Assembly: GCA_012295275.1 (NCBI GenBank) | Contig: CM022669.1 | Span: forward strand, 9,052,001-9,116,000 | DNA from: Chrysomallon squamiferum | Taxonomy: Eukaryota > Animalia > Mollusca | Length of the DNA stretch: 64,000 nt | Direction of reading: 5' to 3' | Shown here: in pieces, positions 1 through 14,335 of the stretch | Layout: each line of letters opens with the position of its first letter | Position numbering within the stretch: position 1 is the stretch's first letter | Notes under the pieces: generated by a model | What the model saw: the letters and a program-made list of their open reading frames with translations, nothing else | What the model was told of the DNA's origin: nothing | Databases searched by the model: none | Made by a program: the position numbers and the translations under genes

Positions 1-60
1 GATGATGATGACAATAACAATAATAACAACAATAATAACAATAACAATAACAGTAGCAAT

Positions 61-106
<46 letters not shown>

Positions 107-125
107 GTAATAATACTAATAATAA
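1..125. repeat. (GAT)/(AAT)/(AAC)n compound microsatellite
   Basis: Direct reading. Confidence 0.9.
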
Positions 126-777
126 AGGCTTGTAATAGGAGATAAAATTGCACCGGTTCAGGTAATTATAATAATTTCTGTAATTCACGATTTTCGCCAA
201 TTTACCTTTATTTTTAGAAGTTAGTAATAAGTAGGCCACATATCTCCATTAAAGTAATTCGTAGTAATGACATAAAATTATAGCCGAAGGTTAGCCTTTT
301 TTTTTTCTCTCATAAATTAAAGAATTAAATGATGTAAATAATTACATTTTAAGACAGAAAATAAAATTGTAAAATTATTTTTTACATTTACAGGTCAGTG
401 CAACAACATTTTTCAGTAATTTTTCTATTTTGTGATTATGTTTTTTTTTTTTTTTTTTGAGAAAGATATCAAACATAAAAGGTTAGTGATATTAATTTTT
501 TTTTTCTTGTTCTTGCCTTTTTCTGGCCCAGGATTAATTGTTAACAATAGTTAATTGTAAAGAATTAAGAAGATAATTATAATCTGCATTTATAGATTGT
601 TATAAATAATTGATGAGTTTAGCCTCACGCGATGGTCTGTTATATTATCTAATTATTAAAATTAATAGGCGATTAACATTTGTATAGTTTGAATAATCTC
701 CCTTTCAATATATATATATATTTGTGTCAATCAACATTTACCTTCGGCTTTAATAATTTGAAATGATTATTTTGAAA

Positions 778-816
<39 letters not shown>

Positions 817-2742
817 AACAAATAAATAAACCTCTACCACCAGAAAGAAAGAGAAAAGAAATTGAAATTAAAATAAACCTCCCCAAACTAGAAAACAAAA
901 CAAAAACGATGAGTAAAAAAAAAAAAAAAAAAAAAATTAAATTAAAAGATAAAAAAAAAAAAACCCTACTAAAACTCATGAAACCTTTGATTTGAAAGAT
1001 CAACAAATTACATCCAGAAAAAAAAAAAAAAAAAAAATAAAAATAAAAAAAAAAAGAAAGAATAAAGAACTGAAAAAAACAAATATAACCCAACAACAAA
1101 TAAATAAAAAAAAAAATTAAAACACAGCGAAAGATCAAAAAGAACCCTTAAGGCAATGAACCAGAAAATTTCTCAAAAGAAAACGTGAGCAGAAAAAAAG
1201 AAACGTGTGTTAAACAAAACGTGACTATCTACTACACGTGTCACTTTACACACTCTGGCTCAGTTAAAACTTCTCAAATCCTCATTTACGTTAGTTTTTA
1301 TTTTTTTTTTCACGACTCCGTATAAATAGCAAACTTGCACGTGCGAGTTCCGCAAATCGTGAAATAGCGTTTGATAATTAGGAGAAGCGCACGCGCCATA
1401 AAAACCGCGGTTTTTCTCGCGATTACGCTTGTAACAAGACGTTTGAAAGCAGGACTGCTTCCCAGTCGAGTGTTAGCGAAATCAGAAGTCGAATGTTAAA
1501 CAGATCGGAGTGTTAAGAAGAAAATCGTGTTAATGAATGATAACTCAGACCCACTTTAATAACAGTTAGTATGTGTTAAACACAGAGTGTTAAATTTACG
1601 ATGTCAGATGTAGACTTATACGACTGTAACTATTTTTACAATCGTTAAGTACGTTGTATTTTAAAACAGAAATATATTTCCTGATTTCTAACGAGAGTAT
1701 TTAGTATATATATAAAATAAAAGAGAGAATTCGTTTCATCTACTTGACTGGATATGTTGTAGATTAGGGTGGTTGTGGCTGGGCAATTTTTTTTGTGTTA
1801 TTTCTTTCACAGGATAGTTCAAACACGCCTGTCATGACACGCTAAATTGTTCTGTGTACATCAGCAGTATATGATCTTATATAGAAACTTTTTTTAATGA
1901 CAAAAAAAAAAAAAAACCCACTGAACCTCTTGGTCTTTGTCGTAGCAAACAACGGGTAGAAAGGTTGGAAATAATATAAAGGTGAAAAAAAAAGAAAAAA
2001 AAGAAAACAAATAAAAATGTTCCCCACGGAGTATTGATCCTAGATGCGACTGGTTCTGAGTCGACTGTTCTACATCTTACCTGTTCAGATGTCAAATGTT
2101 TTTCTTTCACGAACAGAACATTGTCTTGTTTTATTTACCTAATCTGAGCTGACACGTTCAGTCGATGCATTGTCAAGACAACGCGGTATATTAAGAACAC
2201 AATCGATGTACCCGGCTCTGCTTTGCTGTTTAAATCATATCAGTCTAGATAATCTTTGTATTTACTGTTATCTAAATACAGGGGATTAATTTTAATTTAT
2301 CATATTGATTAAAAATACAAATAAATGTTTTTTTTTTTTTTTTTTTTTTTTTGTGTGCAGAATAAAATTAGAAACGTATTGAAATAACAATCAACTTTTT
2401 GTATGAGACAACGGTGAGAAGTGAACTGTAAACAGTTTGATGTTAGTGAGTTAGAGTCTTAGTGTGTAAATTTATTTGTTATCTGTAAAAGCCGGTTAAA
2501 GGATTCAATCCTGGAACATATACAACGGGTTTCCTATCTGTTGCAATAACAAAAAGAAGAAGAAGAAGAAAAACAGGAACAAGAACATTAAGTCAGTGCA
2601 GAAACAAAACCATAATACGCCCGAATTGTACAGGTAAATCATATTTAACGAGAAAAATATAATGAATGTAAAATAAATACACTCATGGAGAAACACAAAA
2701 ACACACACAAAATAAAAAAATCAGCACTAAAAAAAACAAAAG

Positions 2743-2778
<36 letters not shown>

Positions 2779-5700
2779 AACAAACAAGAAAAACATAAAA
2801 CATAAAAAACTAAACTTAAAAAAAAGACAAAAAGAAAAAATAACAACACAACAAAAAATCACAAACAAAAACAAACAATCAAACAAACAACAAAAACAAA
2901 ACAAAAATGGTAAAAATAAAACTGCACACAAAAACAACGATATAAACATGAGAAACCGAAGCTAAGAGATTCTTGCCTAAATAATTTAGTATACAGAAAC
3001 AAATGTGATATTTCAACAAACTGAGTACGCAGATTTGAATACACACACTAATGCAATCTACAAAGATACAAATGTAAAAATAATCACGCAGAATCGCGTT
3101 TTCATTTTCTCGGTGTTGTTAATGGCGTTTATCACAGAAAGAAATATGGGATCGGGTCGGATCAAGAATTGTTACAGGTGGAGCAGGCAAAGGAGGATGT
3201 GGAGCATAAAAAATCCCACAGGTTTGTCAGGATGAGAATAAGCGACAAGAGCTAGGTTAAGAAACCGTCATTACCGTATCTTCTTTCGATTTTCTCTATC
3301 TTTCTCTCTCTTTCTTTTTCTTTCTCTCTTTCTGCTTCTCTCTTCTCTCTGTCGTTGCCTTTTTCATTCTCAGTGCCTGTGTATCTGTGTCTCACTCATA
3401 TTCAGACACAATATCTCTCTCTTTCTCCATCTCTTTCTCTCTCTCCATCTCTCTCTCTCAATCTCTACATCTATCTACCTTTCTCTCTGCCTGTCTGTTT
3501 CTTTTATTGTCTGTGTCCCTCTCTCAAGTTCACAGTCTCTTCTTGGACATACGGACACAAAAGTAAAACTTAATGAACCAAATTTTGTTTATCACTGCTA
3601 TTCTTGACATCCCTCTTATACCTTCTTGGCCTGCGGCAGTACGAAATATTCAGGTGGATATTTATACAACGCACTTAAAACAATGATAACTTGCTGTGTT
3701 GTACAAACTAGATGAAGTTTTGCTGAAGGACAAAAGGTAAGTGTTTCGTTCTCTCTGGACTGGAACCGCCGCTAGTCTTCGTTTTATTTACAAACCTATC
3801 CTAGCTCTGCAACATGTAAAGCAATTTGTCTTCTGCACATGCCACGATAACTTGATTGAGAAGAGCAGACAACGTGTTCTTTCGTCCACTGCCAAACCAA
3901 GTCAGAATAGACTTTTCACTTTACGAGTTGACAGGCTCATTCAAACTGTTAATGTGTTGTTAATAAAAAAATAAAAAAATGATGTTGAGAGGTACACGTA
4001 CAGTGCAGTTGTTACAGACATTATTGATACATTTAAAATTGTTTTGTACCTTGTAGTGTTAGAATGATGAAGACTTTAATATAAAACTTTAATATAGGCA
4101 CTTAAATACATAGATATATATACATAAATACATATACATACATACAGATATATACACATACATACATATATGCATATGTACATACACGAAAAAGCACAGA
4201 CAGATACAGTCATAGAGACACACATACGTACATACAAACATGACTAATTTTAAAAACTTCTGATGCAAGAATACTTTCCGTATTTTATGCTTTTTAGATC
4301 GGTAATTTAAAAAAAAAAAAAGAAGGTTAAAAAAAAAAAAAAAAACGTTAAAAATCCACAAACCATCAACGTAATGTAATTTTTATCTCTGTACATTACT
4401 TACACTAAACCACGTTTCAAAGTAAAATCAGTTCAACTTGACGAGATTGTATTTACAACTTGAATTGTTCGTAACAGTGCGGCTCTTCTCGTTATTCCCT
4501 TCGGCCCTCGGCTGCTGTTTCGTTGTCGTTGGTCTATAAACAATTTTGTCTTCTCCAATCAAAGCTGGGTGCGTTGTCAGCATTCTAAAGTGTGTCTTAA
4601 TTTTCCAGGGCAGCAATTTCAATTACGTGCTATCTCCTCAGAAGATGGTTCATTGAAAAATTGGTGACACCGAGTTCGCGAGAAATCAAATTAATTCTGG
4701 ACCGGGTGATCCGCGGTGAAACGCAACCAATCTAAACCTCCAGTTAGCTTTTCAGAGCCGAGGCTGGGGGTGCAGGTGGGGTGGAGGTGAAAGGGAAGGG
4801 GGGTGATGCAGATGAACGACGAGTAAGATGAGTTTTTGATATGATTTGATTTTGGTGTTATTTAGTAAACGCTGTCAAGTTGATGAACTGCGCTCTGCTG
4901 GTTTTTATTTATCAAACTCTGTGTGTTCCTGTGTGTGAGAAGGTGTAGAAGAATTTGTTACTGTTAGTCTATTACGGTAGTCCATTGAGTAAGTAAATTT
5001 TCTCTTATTACATCATGAAACAGGAGGAAAGGAAAATACACATCTACATATACCATTTGTATATAAGAGTTTTATTTCCACTGTTTTTCAGTTCTCTCAC
5101 AGTCTTGTTCTCTGACGCTGGTCCTGGACAAGTCTGGGACTGCTGGGATTAACAACATCTTGCTCTGACTAGTTCCTTAATTTTTCACTCGCTCTCATCA
5201 TTTCGCTTATTTTTACATTAGACATATTTATATCATTTTTACGACTTATTTTATTTTAAAACTGAAATGCGCTGTTTGACATATCTGTTTTATAACTAAG
5301 TTTATTTTAACGTTTACAGGATTTCGATATTATTTGGTGTGACGGATCATTATATTCACTGTTTTCTATTACAGTCAGTGTGTCGTGTTTATCAAAGAAA
5401 CTGGTTAGTGCTGTCCTGTCTGTACCAGCAAAAATGTTAATCAATTTTATTTTCTAATAATAGATCCACATTCTATCAAATTATAATGTTAGATAATAAA
5501 CAAATGTTAACGTTGAAATGTGTTGTTAATTTTTTTTAATGTATTCAGTTAAAATACTTTTACGTTTTTTAATTTACTGAGAAGTAGGTACTAAATATAT
5601 TTACCCTTACCCCTGTCTAAATCACTGACCGATATCAAACCTGTTCTCTCGTGTTTGTGATTATAAGACTCACGGAAACACACGAAGTATGCGTCCTTCT

Positions 5701-6383
5701 TTTTCAGCTAACACTATCCGGAACCTTCCAGTTCAAGAAAGCAACGAATTAAATTTAAATTTTTGTGAAAACTAATTAAATTATTCAACTTCAATTTTTT
5801 TTTTTTTTTTTTTAAAGATCCCTCACTCGTGAAAAAACCACACGTGAATTCCCGGGACAAACGCTGGACAGACAAAAAGCCCCAGCGGACACCGAGCGAG
5901 AGAGAGAGTCGACGTGTTCACGCAAACTCGTTCAGACGTTTGTCCTCATTTCAGACAAAAACTTCCAAACTCGAATGAAACAAAATGTCAGATGCTGCCA
6001 TCCAGAGATCAACAGAGTAAATTTTTAATGCTGCTTTTGACGCCTTTTCTCAAGTCCTTTTCCACATTTTTTTTTAATTTTTTAATTTTTTTTTTGTTTG
6101 GAAAGATCGAATAAATTTTAAACTTTTTATTCTTTAAGAAAAAAAAAAAAAGGATCTGAAAAAGGTTAAATGACAGTAGCACCTGACGTCACATAAACTT
6201 ACACACGCGTGTTAATCTTCAAAATATAGCCAGTTTTTTTCTTTCGCAGGGGGCTGTCGTTTGATGCAAGATATTTTTATTTATTACTCTCTCTCTCTAT
6301 GGTTGAAATCAAAAACACAGAGCCGGGTTCAGGGATGATCACATGGGGGGTCTTCATAGCATCCATTCTTAGAAACAGCTCAC

Positions 6384-6529
6384 AGTTCTGTCTGTTTGAT
6401 TTCGAGTTCGCTATGAAGACAAGCTCAGACAAAGTTCTGTCACTTTGATTTCGAGTTCGCTATGAAGACAAGCTCAGACAAAGTTCTGTCTGTTTGATTT
6501 CGAGTTCGCTATGAAGACAAGCTCAGACA
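6384..6529 (+). repeat. 49-bp tandem repeat, 3 copies
   Basis: AGTTCTGTCTGTTTGATTTCGAGTTCGCTATGAAGACAAGCTCAGACAA at 6384, 6433 and 6482; copies nearly identical. Confidence 0.95.
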
Positions 6530-6720
6530 GAGACTGAGATCAAACGTCACGTGTGTATTTAATAACATAACGAAATACTAAAAGTAAATTTATTAAAAAT
6601 AACGTCACGAGGTGTTGGTTTGTTACAACACATTTACTTTCGTTAGCTATCATTTCTGCAGCTCGGTAAGATGTAATCGTTGTAAAGCAATACAGTATTT
6701 ATTATTAGCACAATGTTTTA

Positions 6721-6782
6721 AATGTACAGAATTTTAATAATAATGATAATAATAGTAGTAGTAGTAGTAATAATAATAATAA

Positions 6783-6829
<47 letters not shown>

Positions 6830-7133
6830 ACTGAAAAATAATTAAAAAGCTAAAAATAATACAATATATATATATTAAAAACAGTTCAGATAATTTTAAA
6901 TGGTGTTATGCAACAACAGATGTTTTCTTTCACAAATGTAGAATATACAGAATTTTAATAATAATAATAATAATAGTAGTACTACTAATAAATAAATAAA
7001 TAAATTTAAAAATAATTAAAAAGCTAAAAATAATGAAGTAATATAATATATATATATTAAAAACAGTTCAGATAATTCTAAATGGTGTTATGCAACAACA
7101 GATGTTTTCTTTCACAGATGTAGACTATGCAGA
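6721..7133 (+). repeat. Tandem duplication of about 200 bp containing microsatellites
   Basis: TACAGAATTTTAATAATAAT..AAAAATAATTAAAAAGCTAAAAATAAT..AAAACAGTTCAGATAATT..TGGTGTTATGCAACAACAGATGTTTTCTTTCACA occurs twice (starts 6721 and 6942). Confidence 0.9.
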
Positions 7134-7490
7134 CCCCTCCAACACTTATTTTCAGATCCGCTCCCGTAACATTCCAATCCACTCGTTTTTTTCTCTCAAT
7201 TGTTTCATTCTCCACACAAGAGGATTCTGTTTCATGTTTTGTGGTTTTATGATAACCGACGCGCGTTCGGCCATTATTCACCAAATTTGATCGTTTTATT
7301 TTGGAGCTAAGTGTCAGCTTGATATGTTTTCCTTAGATATGACAAACGGAGCTCATAACATTGCGAGAGAACCTTTAAAACGTTCACGTTTATTACATAA
7401 TGGCACAGCTCTGAGATAAACCGAGGTGTAAATTGCGCTAACAGGCGAGTTTGTGTGTGCGCGCGCCGAGTTTCCTGTATCAGTTTTACA

Positions 7491-7551
7491 ACCATCGTGT
7501 TTACACGTATTAATGCTCGTTAATGGCGCCTCTTAAAAAGTAGTTTTCTGT

Positions 7552-7635
<84 letters not shown>

Positions 7636-7718
7636 TTACAGCGTCTGAACAAACCATCATATTTACACGTATTAAAACTCGTTAATAGCACCTCTTAAAA
7701 CGTAGTTTTATGTAACGT
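7491..7718 (+). repeat. Diverged 66-bp direct repeat separated by (GT)n(GA)n
   Basis: ACCATC..TTTACACGTATTAA..CTCGTTAAT.GC.CCTCTTAAAA.GTAGTTTT.TGTAACGT at 7491 and 7653. Confidence 0.85.
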
Positions 7719-9199
7719 CTCTCTCTCTGTGTGTGTGTTTGTGTATTTGAGAGAGAAAGAGAAAGAGACAGAAATAGGGATATATATATATATATATCAC
7801 AACACAAATTAAATATATGTTCAATAGAATGTTTGACGGAGAGATGAAAAGAAAGAATGACAGACAAAGAGTCAGATAGAATGAGAGAGCGAGGGAGAAA
7901 AAAGTTTAAAAAAAAGATAGACAAAGAGAGTTATAGAAACTCGGAGAAAGTGAAAGAAAGAAGGGAACGGAGAGAGAAAGCGAAATCCTAATACCAAAGA
8001 AATTCAACTACATGTACAATAGGAAGTTTGCCAGTCGAATTTATCTCTGTCTGTCTAATAACAAGGTGTTTTGAGTTCAGTTAGAACCTTTAAGAGAAAC
8101 TGAAAGATTTCCGTAAATCCTGGGATCACAGTGCAAGTCACTAGTGACATTTTTCCGATTATAGTGATTACAGTGATTCAGACACAATTGTCATCATGCA
8201 GACTACGATTGGAAAATTACAGAAATTCTTTAAAACAAATTTACTTCGTAAATTCTTACCATCGAAATTTTTATTAAATAATAGCAAAAAAAACCAAAAA
8301 CATTATTTACATAGATTTAAAAAGGAATTATGGTGATGAAAACGAAAGAAGTAAAAATGACAGTGTACGGGGACGTAATGATAGCAATACAATAAACGGC
8401 ACTCGTTAGAGATAAATCGCGCAAAATCGATGTTTACTTTTGTCAACAAACGCACACAATTACAGTCTGCGAGAGATGCAGAGCAAAGCAAAAATTGCTC
8501 TGATTAATGTAGGAGATTGAGTAACTTTGTGTGCGATTACAGAGGTCGATTACGTTTAATGAAGCCCTCCAGAATTTCTTCTGCATTTTATGGCAGACGT
8601 CAGCCAGTTAACTTTGGTTTCTAGCAGACGTCAAAAGATCAGTTCTCATCTGCTGCAGACGAAACTAGTTTGTCGTTTGATTTATGACTGGATGTCTGCC
8701 GTTTTCTTCTAACTCTGAACTTATATACACAAATAGATCGTAATGTCTCCCGTAGGTAATAATACAGATATATTGTCAGAGACGGACATCAGATATAGAA
8801 GGAAAAAAAAACAAAAAAAAGGAATACAAAAAAACCCATAATACTCACCTCGATAATAAAAAGAGTAAAAATAAAATGAAATAAAATAGAGAGAAAGACA
8901 GAGAGAGAGATAGAGAGAGAGAGAAAGAGAGAGAGAGATAATAATTAGTGAAAGAATGTATGTGTGTCTGCGCGTGCACGTGTGCACTGAAAACACAGTA
9001 ATTAAAAACGCTAAAAATAAATGAATGAAGAATGTCACAAAATTATTAAAAATACCCTTTTCATCCTTAAAAGTAATCTATGTTAAATTACATGATGTTA
9101 TGCTATATTATATTATATTATATTATATTTACACTGAATCTGATAGATAACTTGCACTCATACAAAGATTACTATAAATATAAAACCGATAACTGATTG

Positions 9200-9389
9200 A
9201 CACACACGCACCCCCCACACAGAAACACCCACACAATCACCCACACACCCACACACACCCACCCACCCACACACCCACTCACACACACACACACACAGAC
9301 ACATTCACACACACTCACACACACACCCACACACACCCACACACCCACACACCCACTCACACACACACACACAGACACATTCACACACA

Positions 9390-9434
<45 letters not shown>
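9200..9434. repeat. Degenerate (CA)n/(CACC)n microsatellite
   Basis: Direct reading. Confidence 0.9.
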
Positions 9435-9437
<3 letters not shown>

Positions 9438-10909
9438 GACAGACACGTCTGCTAACCACTAACCGTGAGCCTGCAGACAGGACTCAATATTTTTCTTATT
9501 AGTCTGCTGATAACAAATCCATCGATCAAGCGGCTCTCATACATAAATCATTTCTGCTTCTAATTTAAGAGTATTTATATCATGTTAATTCTGTAATTAG
9601 CTGTCGTTAATACCGCGACCACGTCACTGACGAATAAACCGAAAAATAAAGACAGTCGCCGTGTCTGTATTCTGAATCCTTATTTATAAAGTCTGGCTGT
9701 CATAAAATACTATATATATATATGTGTGTGTGTGTGTGGGTGTATGGCTGTGTGTGTGCGTGTGTGTGTGAGAGTGTGTATATATATGTATATATATATA
9801 TGTGCATGTGTTTGTATATATGTATACACGTGTTATATACTTAGTACTTTATTTAATCTTCATACTAGTCTTTACTAACAATAAAGTATGAAGACAAAAT
9901 TACCATTGTGAACACGACAGTGGATTCTCGCAGTCGCTTATATAATATAATATATACAGTGTATATATATATGATATTTCAAATAGTATATTTTCAATGT
10001 TGTATCAGATTCTGTACTAGGTGACATCGTGCAAGATCATCAGTTTATTATTATCTTGTACTTTGTTATTAGGAAAGGTTGTAGGAAGAATAACCAGGAA
10101 ATATAAACACTACATTTAGGACATTGGTTCCTATGCTTTCATTACAGCAATTCTAGACGTAATATTCTTAAAGTTTACAGACATTTTTTGTGTAACTTTA
10201 AACCCATTAAAAACTTACTGAAAACAATATACATGTTTGCGTGTTTATATCGAAATCTGTATCTATCTGTCGATCTTTCTATCGTTCTGTCTGTGTGTCT
10301 GTCTCTCTATCTGTTTATTTATTAACAGCCGCAGTGTTGATCGTATCAGGCAACTGTGAAGAAAAATATGCAAGCACTTTAAAAAAAAAAACGATTTTTC
10401 TTTCTTTAGTTTGTTACAATATTACAAGTTGATACAGTCCTAGAATATACCTCCTCTTTCAGAGTAAACGTCCCTTCAGGGTATCAAATAATTTAATTCA
10501 TTAGACATCAGCCACAATTTTCATTAAACATTTATTTATATATATATAAAAGAAACCCAGAAAGATCCACACAAGATGCCACAGCCTTTATATATCAAAA
10601 TCTGCCCTTGATATACCTCACAGACTTTTTTTTTTTGTTTCGCACACAGAAATAAATTTTATGTGTATTTAAAAGAAGAAGTATAAATTACGTCTATCTC
10701 CTGATGTGTGCTAGCACGTAATAACGCAAACTGGCTGTGAGAGATGCAGTTTCTAGATAGGAAAATCTCAGTCGTAAAACATGATAGATTGGTGTGTGGT
10801 ACGTCTAGCGTTAAATTACTCACGCGTTTAAATTTCCCTACTTTGAGAACTTTTAAACGTCTGTGAAGTAATCAGTTATCCAAGACGGAAACGCTAGATA
10901 AGTTTAGTG

Positions 10910-10947
<38 letters not shown>

Positions 10948-11160
10948 ATAAAAATGTAAAAGAAGAAGAAGAAACTATCAAACCCTCCAAAAAAAAAAAA
11001 TTTTTTTTTTTATAAAATAATTAATTAAAAAAATAAAAAAATAAAACAGAAGAGAAAAAAAAGAGTTAATAAATAAGTAAGAATGTAAATAAGTAAGTAA
11101 GTTATTAAACCTGAGACGAGTCTTGTAGGTTTTGACGCAGATCTGTTTTGTAACGGAGAC

Positions 11161-11238
<78 letters not shown>

Positions 11239-11275
11239 TGATGTATCTGTGTCACACACGAAGCTTCACCGTTTC

Positions 11276-11372
11276 TTACAAAACTTCATCAGGAATATTT
11301 TCACTTCGCGTGATAGTCGATGTTACAAAACTTCATCAGGAATATTTTCACTTCGCGTGATAGTCGATGTTA
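11276..11372 (+). repeat. Perfect 47-bp tandem duplication
   Basis: TTACAAAACTTCATCAGGAATATTTTCACTTCGCGTGATAGTCGATG twice (11276, 11323). Confidence 0.95.
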
Positions 11373-12136
11373 GACGATGTTCTGTGGGAAAAAAAACAAA
11401 GAGACTTTAACTCTCGCTTGTTTGATTAAATTGTACTTAATAGCGCGAGAGTTTTAGAAAACTGATGTGAAATGGAGGTCGGGATCTTTGTCGAGTGATC
11501 GGCTTGAGGCTGGAAAACAGGTTTGCGTGAAAAGCGATATCTCGATACGATAATCGACGTGCGGCGATTATTCCTGGTCCGCGTTTCGCTAATTACTCCA
11601 GTCATGACACGCTCTCTACTTTGATTTTCTTTCCATTTTTTTTTTTTTTTTTTTTCTTCTTCGTTTTCTGTTATCGATCGCGAAATGTTCGTGCAGTCGG
11701 AGAAAGAAATCAATGTAAGTTTTTCTACAATTGATATTTGATTGCTTATCTATTTAACAGCTTTCAATATATCGCATGTAATAAAATCATAAATAAAAAA
11801 GGAAAAATCGAAAAGAGTTTCTCCAACGATGATGTAATATGGAACTGAAGTGTCGATGATTTGAGCGTGTTTGTGTGCGTCTGTGAGTAATTTGTGTAAA
11901 GTCTTTGTGTAGACGTGAACTAACTAATATACATTGTTTGTTATTAGTAAAACGAGTTTCAGTATGAAATTTCTGGGATGTTAATAAAACTCTTTTTTAT
12001 TTTTTATTTTATTATAACGTCACTTCTTTTAGAGAAATGTTAAAAACAGTAAATAAATAAACAAATAAATCAATAAATAAAGCAAAAAATTAAAATTAAA
12101 AATAAAAAATAAAATTAAAAACACAAAAACGAAATG

Positions 12137-12759
12137 ACAAATTCAAAGCATCAGACGACAAAAAAAAAATAAATAAATAAATAAATAAAAAAAAGAGTTA
12201 TATTCAGTTTTCATAAATGACATAGTAGCTTATAAATATGGAATTATAAGGAATCAATTAATAATCTTTGACATTCATGGTTATATTAACATAAATATTT
12301 TCTGCTGTTAAAAAGAACAGCTACGTCTTTGAATAAATCAGTGAACAGTTTGTATCTGGCATATTATAGAATTTTAAACAAAATTTATCTGTACAGTCAT
12401 CAGGGTTGTTTTAAAACATTTGACAAGAAATATCTTCTCAGCCAGGTCTGAAATTGCAATAAATTTAAATCAAATGAAAAACAATAACTCAGAGAAATAA
12501 AAAAAATTATATCGCTCAAAAAAAAAAAAAAATAAAAATAAAAAAAAAAAATAATTAAAATAATTAAAAAAAAAGGAAAAACCAAAAAAGTAAAAATAAT
12601 AAATTTTATATATATAAAAATAATAAATAAATAAATAAAAGAGAAAAAAATAACCACAGCGAACAAAACGACAACGAACAAACAAAAGTTAATGTAATCA
12701 GCACAAAAAAGTCCAAGCTAACAACAACAACAAACATTCAGTTAATAAGATAGCAACAG

Positions 12760-12792
<33 letters not shown>

Positions 12793-13710
12793 AAGAATTA
12801 AAATAAAAATAAAAATAAAATAAAGACTGTAATAAAAACAGGTGTTGCGTGTTGATCAAGGAAAGATATGTTCGACAAAAGTAAGTTAGAAGTGCACATA
12901 CAGCCGATAACGTTTTACACGTCACGCCTGACTGAATGCCACGCCTAATTGAATCAGTGTCCTTTCTTCTCTTCGTGGTCTAAAACCGTGATTATTAGCC
13001 TTATCTCGTTTTGTCTATCTCATTTCGTTTACATCAGTTTGTTTACTTCGTATTGTTTACTTGGAGTTGTTTACCTTTGTTTATTGGTTTTATTTATCTG
13101 ATACTGTATATCTCAAGTTGTTTGTTGGTTTGTTAGTTTGTTTGTGTGTGTGTTTGTTTTTTGTTCGTTCATTTATTTATACATTTATTTATTTATTTGT
13201 TATTTGGTTAGTTAGTTTGTTTATTTATTTGTTAGTTAGTTAGTTGGTTAGCTTGTTTGTTTGTTTATTAAACACAGCTTATTAGATTTGCTTACCGTTC
13301 TTAATTTATTTGTTTACTTAATTGACTTTGCTGCTTACCAGATTTGGTTTATACCTGGTTTTGTTTCCTGGTTTTGTCGGTGTTCCTGGTTGTGGAGTTT
13401 CTTCACGTGGACGTATTGGTAGAATTATTGATAGTTATAATTCGCTCACTGACCCGCTCACTCACTGTTGATTAACAAAACATTAATCATTAAACCCACT
13501 CAGTTCGATGTTGTGTTTTATTGGAAAATACTCTGCTTCGTGGCTGCCTTTCAGTTCTGTTCTTTGAGAAGTGAGAACAAGGAACATTCACTATGACGGA
13601 TAGTTTTTTAAACACAAATGTGTTAAGATATTTATAAATGACGATACGAGGCAGAAATCATGTATACGACTACAGCATAGAAAAGATTCAAAGTTTATAG
13701 AGAAACAATA

Positions 13711-13779
<69 letters not shown>

Positions 13780-13789
13780 TGTATGTATG

Positions 13790-13820
<31 letters not shown>

Positions 13821-14335
13821 TGTGTGTAATAGTGTAAGAGTGTAAATTAACTAATTTTCTTCAAAAAAAAAAAAAAAAAAAAAATAAAAATAAAAAATAC
13901 AAGAAAAGGAAACCCATAAAAAATATCAACACAAGAAACAAAACCCCGCAACAAAACAAAACAGAACAAACGCATAACAACAGAATAGAAACAAAACTGA
14001 ACTTGATAATCAAAATTGAAAAAGAAAAGAAATCAAACAAAGAAAAAGAAATAGCAAAAACACCAGATATTAAACAACCAACTGGAAGCTATAAAATCAC
14101 AATGTATGAAACCAAATAAAAATGTAACTTTAAAATAAAAAAAAAATTCTTCTTCTAGCTGTTATTTTTAACAGCAGAAAATATTTATGTTAATATAACC
14201 ATGAATGTCAAAGATTATTAATTGATTCCTTATAATTCCATATTTATAAGCTACTATGTCATTTATGAAAACTGAATATAACATTTTTATTTTATTTTTT
14301 AATTTTTTTTTTGTAGTCAGATGTTTTGAATTTGT
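12137..14335. repeat. Long inverted repeat pair (arms about 12137-12323 and 14156-14335) around a 1.8-kb spacer
   Basis: 12197-12323 is the reverse complement of 14156-14282 with one mismatch in 127 bp; looser similarity extends outwards through the A/T tracts. Confidence 0.93.
13716..13818. repeat. (TA)n(TATG)n microsatellite
   Basis: Direct reading. Confidence 0.95.

Noticed and set aside
1468-1597. Six TGTTA(A) motifs in 130 bp
   Set aside because: Short AT-rich motif with irregular spacing; cannot be distinguished from chance or a decayed minisatellite.
6384-6529. CRISPR-like appearance of the 49-bp repeats (also the 21-bp array at 18583)
   Set aside because: Contiguous tandem units without unique spacers, eukaryotic context and no cas genes.
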